Source: Utricularia gibba
Lineage: Eukaryota; Plantae; Magnoliophyta
Assembly (NCBI GenBank): GCA_002189035.1
Contig: NEEC01000478.1
Span: 1-15,878 of the forward strand
Direction of reading: 5' to 3'
Length of the DNA: 15,878 bases
The notes under the pieces were generated by a model. It worked only from the letters and a program-made list of their open reading frames with translations. It was not told where the DNA came from and did not search any database. Of this stretch, positions 1 to 11,100 are shown piece by piece; within the stretch, counting starts at the first letter, position 1, and every line of letters begins with the position of its first letter. The translations under genes were made by a program, and so were the position numbers.

Positions 1-3000
1 TCGTGATGCACTTATTGAAGTTAGGATGTCATAAGCACCCAAAATGGTTTTTCTCAACCGCATGCTTTATATCTGAGGAGGCGCTCTCGTGGGGCAACGG
101 TATCGAGAAGGAGGTCGAGTCGAGCTCGGGCCCATAGTCATTTGTAGCTCGGCAAAAAAACTTGATGCATTTCTTAACGTTGGTTTTAATTGGCTGCCTA
201 CATGGTTTCTCAAGGAAAAGCTTGTCGTTTTTGGGCGGGTGATGTCGTTGTGAACTTCGTTCTGACCCAAGGTTCGGTCTGACTCCTTTTCCACATCGGG
301 TCCTACTCGACGAAAATCGTGATGCACTTATTGAAGTTAGGATGTCATAAGCACCCAAAAATGGTTTTTCTCAACCGCATGCTTTATATCTGAGGAGGCG
401 CTCTCGTGGGGCAACGGTATCGAGCAGGTGGTCGAGTCGAGCTCGGGCCCATAGTCATTTTGTGCTCGGCAAAAAACTTGATGCATTTCTTAACGTTGGG
501 TTTTAATTGGCTGCCTACATGGTTTCTCAAGGAAAAGCTTGTCGTTTTTGGGCGGGTGATGTCGTTGTGAACTTCGTTCTGACCCAAGGTTCGGTCTGAC
601 TCCTTTGCACATCGGGTCCTACTCGACGAAATCGTGATGCACTTATTGAAGTTAGGATGTCATAAGCACCAAAATGGTTTTCTCAACCGCATGCTTTATA
701 TCTGAGGAGGCGCTCTCGTGGGCAACGGTATCGAGAAGGAGGTCGAGTCGAGCTCGGGGCCATAGTCATTTGTGCTCGGCAAAAAACTTGATGCATTTCT
801 TAACGTTGGGTTTTAATTGGCTGCCTACATGGTTTCTCAAGGAAAAGCTTGTCGTTTTTGGGCGGGTGATGTCGTTGTGAACTTCGTTCTGACCCAAGGT
901 TCGGTCTGACTCCTTTCCACACATCGGGTCCTACTCGACGAAAATCGTGATGCACTTATTGAAGTTAGGATGTCATGAGCACCCCAAAATGGTTTTCTCA
1001 ACCGCATGCTTTATATCTGATAAGGCGCTCTCGTGGGGCAACGGTATCGAGCAAGGAGGTCGAGTCGAGCTCGGGCCCATAGTCATTTGTGCTCGGCAAA
1101 AAACTTGATGCATTTCTTAACGTTGGGTTTTAATTGGCTGCCTACATGGTTTCTCAAGGAAAAGCTTGTCGTTTTTGGGCGGTGATGTCGTTGTGAACTT
1201 CGTTCTGACCCAAGGTTCGGTCTGACTCCTTTGCCACATCGGGTCCTACTCGACGAAAATCGTGCTGCACTTATTGAAGTTAGGATGTCATAGCACCCAA
1301 AATGGTTTTCTCAACCGCATGCTTTATATCTGAGGAGGCGCTCTCGTGGGGCAACGGTATCGAGAAGGAGGTCGAGTCGAGCTCGGGCCCATAGTCATTT
1401 GTGCTCGGCAAAAAACTTGATGCATTTCTTAACGTTGGGTTTTAATTGGCTGCCTACATGGTTTCTCAAGGAAAAGCTTGTCGTTTTTGGGCGGGGATGT
1501 CGTTGTGAACTTCGTTCTGACCAAGGTTCGGTCTGACTCCTTTGTCGGGTCCTACTCGACGAAATTCGTGATGCACTTATTGAAGTTAGGATGTCATAAG
1601 CACCCAAAATGGTTTTCTCAACCGCATGCTTTATATCTGAGGAGGCGCTCTCGTGGGGCAACGGTATCGAGCAGGTGGTCGAGTCGAGCTCGGGCCCATA
1701 GTCATTTGTGCTCGGCAAAAAACTTGATGCATTTCTTAACGTTGGGTTTTAATTGGCTGCCTACATGGTTTCTCAAGGAAAAGCTTGTCGTTTTTGGGCG
1801 GTGATGTCGTTGTGAACTTCGTTCTGACCCAAGGTTCGGTCTGACTCCTTTGCCACATCGGGTCCTACTCGACGAAAATCGTGCTGCACTTATTGAAGTT
1901 AGGATGTCATAAGCACCCAAAATGGTTTTCTCAACCGCATGCTTTATATCTGAGGAGGCGCTCTCGTGGGGCAACGGTATCGAGAAGGAGGTCGAGTCGA
2001 GCTCGGGCCCATAGTCATTTGTAGCTCGGCAAAAAACTTGATGCATTTCTTAACGTTTGGGTTTTAATTGGCTGCCTACATGGTTTCTCAAGGAAAAGCT
2101 TGTCGTTTTTGGGCGGTGATGTCGTTGTGAACTTCGTTCTGACCAAGGTTCGGTCTGACTCCTTTGCCACATCGGGTCCTACTCGACGAAAATCGTGCTG
2201 CACTTATTGAAGTTAGGATGTCATGAGCACCCAAAATGGTTTTCTCAACCGCATGCTGCTTTATATTTGATAAGGCGCTCTCGTGGGGCAACGGTATCGA
2301 GCAGGTGGTCGAGTCGAGCTCGGGCCCATAGTCATTTGTGGCTCGGCAAAAAACTTGATGCATTTCTTAACGTTGGGTTTTAATTGGCTGCCTACATGGT
2401 TTCTCAAGGAAAAGCTTGTCGTTTTTGGGCGGTGATGTCGTTGTGAACTTCGTTCTGACCCAAGGTTCGGTCTGACTCCTTTGCCACATCGGGTCCTACT
2501 CGACGAAAATCGTGATGCACTTATTGAAGTTAGGATGTCATAAGCACCCAAAATGGTTTTCTCAACCGCATGCTTTATATCTGAGGAGGCGCTCTCGTGG
2601 GGCAACGGTATCGAGAGGTGGTCGAGTCGAGCTCGGGCCCATAGTCATTTGTGGCTCGGCAAAAAACTTGATGCATTTCTTAACGTTGGGTTTTAATTGG
2701 CTGCCTACATGGTTTCTCAAGGAAAAGCTTGTCGTTTTTGGGCGGGTGATGTCGTTGTGAACTTCGTTCTGACCCAAGGTTCGGTCTGACTCCTTTGCCA
2801 CATCGGGTCCTACTCGACGAAAATCGTGATGCACTTATTGAAGTTAGGATGTCATGAGCACCCAAAATGGTTTTCTCAACGCATGCTTTATATTTGATAA
2901 GGCGCTCTCGTGGGGCAACGGTATCGAGCAGGTGGTCGAGTCGAGCTCGGGCCCATAGTCATTTGTGGCTCGGCAAAAAACTTGATGCATTTCTTAACGT

Positions 3001-6000
3001 TGGGTTTTAATTGGCTGCCTACATGGTTTCTCAAGGAAAAGCTTGTCGTTTTTGGGCGGGTGATGTCGTTGTGAACTTCGTTCTGACCCAAGGTTCGGTC
3101 TGACTCCTTTTTCCACATCGGGTCCTACTCGACGAAATTCGTGATGCACTTATTGAAGTTAGGATGTCATAAGCACCCAAAATGGTTTTCTCAACCGCAT
3201 GCTTTATATCTGAGGAGGCGCTCTCGTGGGGCAACGGTATCGAGAAGGAGGTCGAGTCGAGCTCGGGCCATAGTCATTTGTAGCTCGGCAAAAAACTTGA
3301 TGCATTTCTTAACGTTGGGTTTTAATTGGCTGCCTACATGGTTTCTCAAGGAAAAGCTTGTCGTTTTTGGGCGGGTGATGTCGTTGTGAACTTCGTTCTG
3401 ACCCAAGGTTCGGTCTGACTCCTTTTTCCACATCGGGTCCTACTCGACGAAAATCGTGATGCACTTATTGAAGTTAGGATGTCATAAGCACCCAAAATGG
3501 TTTTCTCAACCGCATGCTTTATATCTGAGGAGGCGCTCTCGTGTGGGGCAACGGTATCGAGCAGGTGGTCGAGTCGAGCTCGGCCCATAGTCATTTGTGG
3601 CTCGGCAAAAAACTTGATGCATTTCTTAACGTTGGGTTTTAATTGGCTGCCTACATGGTTTCTCAAGGAAAAGCTTGTCGTTTTTGGGCGGTGATGTCGT
3701 TGTGAACTTCGTTCTGACCAAGGTTCGGTCTGACTCCTTTGCCACATCGGGTCCTACTCGACGAAATCGTGATGCACTTATTGAAGTTAGGATGTCATAA
3801 GCACCCAAAATGGTTTTCTCAACCGCATGCTTTATATCTGAGGAGGCGCTCTCGTGGGCAACGGTATCGAGAAGGAGGTCGAGTCGAGCTCGGGCCCATA
3901 GTCATTTGTGCTCGGCAAAAAACTTGATGCATTTCTTAACGTTGGGTTTTAATTGGCTGCCTACATGGTTTCTCAAGGAAAAGCTTGTCGTTTTTGGGCG
4001 GGGATGTCGTTGTGAACTTCGTTCTGACCAAGGTTCGGTCTGACTCCTTTGCCACATCGGGTCCTACTCGACGAAAATCGTGATGCACTTATTGAAGTTA
4101 GGATGTCATAAGCACCCAAAATGGTTTTCTCAACCGCATGCTTTATATCTGAGGAGGCGCTCTCGTGGGCAACGGTATCGAGAGGTGGTCGAGTCGAGCT
4201 CGGGCCCATAGTCATTTGTGGCTCGGCAAAAAACTTGATGCATTTTTAACGTTGGGTTTTAATTGGCTGCCTACATGGTTTCTCAAGGAAAAGCTTGTCG
4301 TTTTTGGGCTGGTGATGTCGTTGTGAACTTCGTTCTGACCCAAGGTTCGGTCTGACTCCTTTGCCACATCGGGTCCTACTCGACGAAAAATCGTGATGCA
4401 CTTATTGAAGTTAGGATGTCATAAGCACCCAAAATGGTTTTCTCAACCGCATGCTTTATATCTGAGGAGGCGCTCTCGTGGGGCAACGGTATCGAGAAGG
4501 AGGTCGAGTCGAGCTCGGGCCCATAGTCATTTGTAGCTCGGCAAAAAACTTGATGCATTTCTTAACGTTTGGGTTTTAATTGGCTGCCTACATGGTTTCT
4601 CAAGGAAAAGCTTGTCGTTTTTGGGCGGTGATGTCGTTGTGAACTTCGTTCTGACCCAAGGTTCGGTCTGACTCCTTTGCATCGGGTCCTACTCGACGAA
4701 ATCGTGATGCACTTATTGAAGTTAGGATGTCATAAGCACCCAAAATGGTTTTCTCAACCGCATGCTTTATATCTGAGGAGGCGCTCTCGTGGGGCAACGG
4801 TATCGAGAGGAGGTCGAGTCGAGCTCGGGCCCATAGTCATTTGTGGCTCGGCAAAAAACTTGATGCATTTCTTAACGTTGGGTTTTAATTGGCTGCCTAC
4901 ATGGTTTCTCAAGGAAAAGCTTGTCGTTTTTGGGCGGGTGATGTCGTTGTGAACTTCGTTCTGACCCAAGGTTCGGTCTGACTCCTTTTTCCACATCGGG
5001 TCCTACTCGACGAAAATCGTGATGCACTTATTGAAGTTAGGATGTCATAAGCACCCAAAATGGTTTTCTCAACCGCATGCTTTATATCTGAGGAGGCGCT
5101 CTCGTGGGGCAACGGTATCGAGAAGGAGGTCGAGTCGAGCTCGGGCCATAGTCATTTGTAGCTCGGCAAAAAACTTGATGCATTTCTTAACGTTGGGTTT
5201 TAATTGGCTGCCTACATGGTTTCTCAAGGAAAAGCTTGTCGTTTTTGGGCGGTGATGTCGTTGTGAACTTCGTTCTGACCCAAGGTTCGGTCTGACTCCT
5301 TACATCGGGTCCTACTCGACGAAAATCGTGATGCTTATTGAAGTTAGGATGTCATAAGCACCCAAAATGGTTTTCTCAACCGCATGCTTTATATCTGAGG
5401 AGGCGCTCTCGTGGGGCAACGGTATCGAGAAGGAGGTCGAGTCGAGCTCGGGCCCATAGTCATTTGTGCTCGGCAAAAAACTTGATGCATTTCTTAACGT
5501 TGGGTTTTAATTGGCTGCCTACATGGTTTCTCAAGGAAAAGCTTGTCGTTTTTGGGCGGTGATGTCGTTGTGAACTTCGTTCTGACCCAAGGTTCGGTCT
5601 GACTCCTTTGCCACATCGGGTCCTACTCGACGAAATCGTGATGCACTTATTGAAGTTAGGATGTCATAAGCACCCAAAATGGTTTTCTCAACCGCATGCT
5701 TTATATCTGAGGAGGCGCTCTCGTGGGGCAACGGTATCGAGAAGGAGGTCGAGTCGAGCTCGGGCCCATAGTCATTTGTGCTCGGCAAAAAACTTGATGC
5801 ATTTCTTAACGTTGGGTTTTAATTGGCTGCCTACATGGTTTCTCAAGGAAAAGCTTGTCGTTTTTGGGCGGTGATGTCGTTGTGAACTTCGTTCTGACCC
5901 AAGGTTCGGTCTGACTCCTTTTCACATCGGGTCCTACTCGACGAAAATCGTGATGCACTTATTGAAGTTAGGATGTCATAAGCACCCAAAATGGTTTTCT

Positions 6001-6260
6001 CAACCGCATGCTTTATATCTGAGGAGGCGCTCTCGTGGGGCAACGGTATCGAGAGGTGGGTCGAGTCGAGCTCGGCCCCATAGTCATTTGTGGCTCGGCA
6101 AAAAACTTGATGCATTTCTTAACGTTGGGTTTTAATTGGCTGCCTACATGGTTTCTCAAGGAAAAGCTTGTCGTTTTTGGGCGGTGATGTCGTTGTGAAC
6201 TTCGTTCTGACCCAAGGTTCGGTCTGACTCCTTTCCACATCGGGTCCTACTCGACGAAAA

Positions 6261-6574
6261 TCGTGATGCACTTATTGAAGTTAGGATGTCATAAGCACCC
6301 AAAATGGTTTTCTCAACCGCATGCTTTATATCTGAGGAGGCGCTCTCGTGGGGCAACGGTATCGAGAAGGAGGTCGAGTCGAGCTCGGGCCCATAGTCAT
6401 TTGTAGCTCGGCAAAAAACTTGATGCATTTCTTAACGTTGGGTTTTAATTGGCTGCCTACATGGTTTCTCAAGGAAAAGCTTGTCGTTTTTGGGCGGTGA
6501 TGTCGTTGTGAACTTCGTTCTGACCCAAGGTTCGGTCTGACTCCTTTGCCACATCGGGTCCTACTCGACGAAAA
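6261..6574. repeat. Representative A-type monomer (U21, 314 bp)
   Basis: Near-consensus copy with GAGAAGGAGGTC (6364-6375) and TTTGTAGCTC. Contains SphI GCATGC, SacI GAGCTC (6381-6386), ApaI GGGCCC, NsiI ATGCAT, AclI AACGTT and HindIII AAGCTT (6477-6482), one each. Confidence 0.9.
6264..6420. repeat. First ~157-bp internal subunit of the monomer (shown in U21)
   Basis: Begins TGATGCACTTATTGAAGTTAGG; aligns by hand to 6421-6577 with 38/53 identical columns over the first 53 columns (one gap). Confidence 0.8.
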
Positions 6575-6577
6575 TCG
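6421..6577. repeat. Second ~157-bp internal subunit of the monomer (shown in U21)
   Basis: Begins TGATGCATTTCTTAACGTTGGG exactly 157 bp after the first TGATGCA and 157 bp before the next unit's TG(C)TGCA at 6578. Confidence 0.8.
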
Positions 6578-8129
6578 TGCTGCACTTATTGAAGTTAGGA
6601 TGTCATAGCACCCAAAATGGTTTTCTCAACCGCATGCTTTATATCTGAAAGGCGCTCTCGTGGGGCAACGGTATCGAGAGGTGGTCGAGTCGAGCTCGGG
6701 CCCATAGTCATTTGTGGCTCGGCAAAAAACTTGATGCATTTCTTAACGTTGGGTTTTAATTGGCTGCCTACATGGTTTCTCAAGGAAAAGCTTGTCGTTT
6801 TTGGGCTGGGTGATGTCGTTGTGAACTTCGTTCTGACCCAAGGTTCGGTCTGACTCCTTTGCCACATCGGGTCCTACTCGACGAAAATCGTGATGCACTT
6901 ATTGAAGTTAGGATGTCAAGCACCCAAAATGGTTTTCTCAACCGCATGCTTTATATCTGAGGAGGCGCTCTCGTGGGCAACGGTATCGAGCAGGTGGTCG
7001 AGTCGAGCTCGGGCCCATAGTCATTTGTGGCTCGGCAAAAAACTTGATGCATTTCTTAACGTTGGGTTTTAATTGGCTGCCTACATGGTTTCTCAAGGAA
7101 AAGCTTGTCGTTTTTGGGCGGGTGATGTCGTTGTGAACTTCGTTCTGACCCAAGGTTCGGTCTGACTCCTTTGCCACATCGGGTCCTACTCGACGAAAAT
7201 CGTGCTGCACTTATTGAAGTTAGGATGTCATAGCACCCAAATGGTTTTTCAACCGCATGCTTTATATTTGAGGAGGCGCTCTCGTGGGGCAACGGTATCG
7301 AGAGGAGGTCGAGTCGAGCTCGGGCCCATAGTCATTTGTGGCTCGGCAAAAAACTTGATGCATTTCTTAACGTTGGGTTTTAATTGGCTGCCTACATGGT
7401 TTCTCAAGGAAAAGCTTGTCGTTTTTGGGCGGTGATGTCGTTGTGAACTTCGTTCTGACCCAAGGTTCGGTCTGACTCCTTTGCCACATCGGGTCCTACT
7501 CGACGAAAATCGTGCTGCACTTATTGAAGTTAGGATGTCATAGCACCCAAAATGGTTTTCTCAACCGCATGCTTTATATTTGATAAGGCGCTCTCGTGGG
7601 GCAACGGTATCGAGAGGTGGTCGAGTCGAGCTCGGGCCCATAGTCATTTGTGGCTCGGCAAAAAACTTGATGCATTTCTTAACGTTGGGTTTTAATGGCT
7701 GCCTACATGGTTTCTCAAGGAAAAGCTTGTCGTTTTTGGGCGGTGATGTCGTTGTGAACTTCGTTCTGACCCAAGGTTCGGTCTGACTCCTTTGCCACAT
7801 CGGGTCCTACTCGACGAAAATCGTGATGCACTTATTGAAGTTAGGATGTCATAAGCACCCAAAATGGTTTTCTCAACCGCATGCTTTATATCTGAGGAGG
7901 CGCTCTCGTGGGGCAACGGTATCGAGAGGTGGTCGAGTCGAGCTCGGCCCATAGTCATTTGTGGCTCGCAAAAAACTTGATGCATTTCTTAACGTTGGGT
8001 TTTAATTGGCTGCCTACATGGTTTCTCAAGGAAAAGCTTGTCGTTTTTGGGCGGTGATGTCGTTGTGAACTTCGTTCTGACCCAGGTTCGGTCTGACTCC
8101 TTTCCACATCGGGTCCTACTCGACGAAAA

Positions 8130-11100
8130 TCGTGCTGCACTTATTGAAGTTAGGATGTCATGAGCACCCAAAATGGTTTTCTCAACCGCATGCTTTATAT
8201 CTGAGGAGGCGCTCTCGTGGGGCAACGGTATCGAGAGGTGGTCGAGTCGAGCTCGGGCCCATAGTCATTTGTGGCTCGGCAAAAAACTTGATGCATTTCT
8301 TAACGTTGGGTTTTAATTGGCTGCCTACATGGTTTCTCAAGGAAAAGCTTGTCGTTTTTGGGCGGGTGATGTCGTTGTGAACTTCGTTCTGACCCAAGGT
8401 TCGGTCTGACTCCTTTTTCCACATCGGGTCCTACTCGACGAAAATCGTGATGCACTTATTGAAGTTAGGATGTCATAAGCACCCAAAATGGTTTTCTCAA
8501 CCGCATGCTTTATATCTGAGGAGGCGCTCTCGTGGGGCAACGGTATCGAGAAGGAGGTCGAGTCGAGCTCGGGCCATAGTCATTTGTGCTCGGCAAAAAA
8601 CTTGATGCATTTCTTAACGTTGGGTTTTAATTGGCTGCCTACATGGTTTCTCAAGGAAAAGCTTGTCGTTTTTGGGCGGGTGATGTCGTTGTGAACTTCG
8701 TTCTGACCCAAGGTTCGGTCTGACTCCTTTTTCACATCGGGTCCTACTCGACGAAAATCGTGATGCACTTATTGAAGTTAGGATGTCATAAGCACCCAAA
8801 ATGGTTTTCTCAACCGCATGCTTTATATCTGAGGAGGCGCTCTCGTGGGGCAACGGTATCGAGCAAGGAGGTCGAGTCGAGCTCGGCCCATAGTCATTTG
8901 TGGCTCGGCAAAAAACTTGATGCATTTCTTAACGTTGGGTTTTAATTGGCTGCCTACATGGTTTCTCAAGGAAAAGCTTGTCGTTTTTGGGCGGGTGATG
9001 TCGTTGTGAACTTCGTTCTGACCCAAGGTTCGGTCTGACTCCTTTGCCACATCGGGTCCTACTCGACGAAAATCGTGCTGCACTTATTGAAGTTAGGATG
9101 TCATAAGCACCCAAAATGGTTTTCTCAACCGCATGCTTTATATCTGAGGAGGCGCTCTCGTGGGGCAACGGTATCGAGAAGGAGGTCGAGTCGAGCTCGG
9201 CCCATAGTCATTTGTGCTCGGCAAAAAACTTGATGCATTTCTTAACGTTGGGTTTTAATTGGCTGCCTACATGGTTTCTCAAGGAAAAGCTTGTCGTTTT
9301 TGGGCTGGGGATGTCGTTGTGAACTTCGTTCTGACCCAAGGTTCGGTCTGACTCCTTTGCCACATCGGGTCCTACTCGACGAAAATCGTGATGCACTTAT
9401 TGAAGTTAGGATGTCATGAAGCACCCAAAATGGTTTTCTCAACCGCATGCTTTATATCTGAGGAGGCGCTCTCGTGGGGCAACGGTATCGAGCAGGTGGT
9501 CGAGTCGAGCTCGGGCCCATAGTCATTTGTGCTCGGCAAAAAACTTGATGCATTTCTTAACGTTGGGTTTTAATTGGCTGCCTACATGGTTTCTCAAGGA
9601 AAAGCTTGTCGTTTTTGGGCGGTGATGTCGTTGTGAACTTCGTTCTGACCCAAGGTTCGGTCTGACTCCTTTGCCACATCGGGTCCTACTCGACGAAAAT
9701 CGTGATGCACTTATTGAAGTTAGGATGTCATAGCACCCAAAATGGTTTTCTCAACCGCATGCTTTATATCTGAGGAGGCGCTCTCGTGGGGCAACGGTAT
9801 CGAGCAAGGTGGTCGAGTCGAGCTCGGGCCCATAGTCATTTGTGGCTCGGCAAAAAACTTGATGCATTTCTTAACGTTTGGGTTTTAATTGGCTGCCTAC
9901 ATGTTTCTCAAGGAAAAGCTTGTCGTTTTTGGGCGGGTGATGTCGTTGTGAACTTCGTTCTGACCCAAGGCGGTCTGACTCCTTTGCCACATCGGGTCCT
10001 ACTCGACGAAAATCGTGCTGCACTTATTGAAGTTAGGATGTCATGAGCACCCAAAATGGTTTTCTCAACCGCATGCTTTATATTTGATAAGGCGCTCTCG
10101 TGGGCAACGGTATCGAGCAGGTGGTCGAGTCGAGCTCGGGCCCATAGTCATTTGTGGCTCGGCAAAAAACTTGATGCATTTCTTAACGTTGGGTTTTAAT
10201 TGGCTGCCTACATGGTTTCTCAAGGAAAAGCTTGTCGTTTTTGGGCGGTGATGTCGTTGTGAACTTCGTTCTGACCCAAGGTTCGGTCTGACTCCTTTGC
10301 CACATCGGGTCCTACTCGACGAAAATCGTGATGCACTTATTGAAGTTAGGATGTCATAAGCACCCAAAATGGTTTTCTCAACCGCATGCTTTATATCTGA
10401 GGAGGCGCTCTCGTGGGGCAACGGTATCGAGAAGGAGGTCGAGTCGAGCTCGGGCCCATAGTCATTTGTGGCTCGGCAAAAAACTTGATGCATTTCTTAA
10501 CGTTGGGTTTTAATTGGCTGCCTACATGGTTTCTCAAGGAAAAGCTTGTCGTTTTTGGGCGGTGATGTCGTTGTGAACTTCGTTCTGACCCAAGGTTCGG
10601 TCTGACTCCTTTCCACATCGGGTCCTACTCGACGAAAATCGTGCTGCACTTATTGAAGTTAGGATGTCATGAGCACCCAAAATGGTTTTCTCAACCGCAT
10701 GCTTTATATTTGATAAGGCGCTCTCGTGGGGCAACGGTATCGAGCAGGTGGTCGAGTCGAGCTCGGCCCATAGTCATTTGTGGCTCGGCAAAAAACTTGA
10801 TGCATTTCTTAACGTTGGGTTTTAATTGGCTGCCTACATGGTTTCTCAAGGAAAAGCTTGTCGTTTTTGGGCGGGTGATGTCGTTGTGAACTTCGTTCTG
10901 ACCCAAGGTTCGGTCTGACTCCTTTTCCACATCGGGTCCTACTCGACGAAATTCGTGATGCACTTATTGAAGTTAGGATGTCATAAGCACCCAAAATGGT
11001 TTTCTCAACCGCATGCTTTATATCTGAGGAGGCGCTCTCGTGGGGCAACGGTATCGAGAAGGAGGTCGAGTCGAGCTCGGGCCCATAGTCATTTGTAGCT

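Larger units (their letters stand above)
1..6887. repeat. A/B dimeric higher-order block 1 (U1-U22; A-type at odd units)
   Basis: Odd units are A-type in 10 of 11 (exception U9); even units are B-type or mixed in 10 of 11 (exception U18). Confidence 0.7.

Noticed and set aside
6323-6332. TATA-like GATATAAAGC on the minus strand, and GATAAG (I-box core) in TA-variant units
   Set aside because: Short motifs expected by chance, with no downstream gene and no transcript evidence.
6441-6473. Resemblance to nematode SL1/SL2 leaders (GGTTTTAA...CTCAAG)
   Set aside because: The span is 33 nt rather than 22, it is followed by GA rather than a GT donor, and there is no downstream Sm site.
6513-6530. 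CENP-B-box-like start (CTTCGTT)
   Set aside because: The required A and CGGG positions of NTTCGNNNNANNCGGGN are absent.
6261-6574. 5S rDNA or other RNA-gene tandem unit (length is typical of plant 5S units)
   Set aside because: No ~120-nt 5S sequence on either strand; only trivial matches (GGATG, TTGGGCG). No box A/C or tRNA cloverleaf recognised.
6331-6574. Hammerhead ribozyme or viroid-like satellite (CTGAGGA at ~6332 and CGAAA at ~6570)
   Set aside because: The two core motifs are ~230 nt apart and I could not build stem II or stem III with a cleavage triplet in any permutation. The minus strand has no CTGANGA, and no pospiviroid central conserved region was seen. An Infernal search with hammerhead models would be decisive.
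6702-6723. Resemblance to the dinoflagellate spliced leader (CCATAGTCATTTGTGGCTC vs CCGTAGCCATTTTGGCTCAAG, 16 matches with one gap)
   Set aside because: It lacks the terminal AAG and the following GT donor, it is polymorphic among copies, and the flank is explained by the 157-bp subunit homology. Most likely chance.
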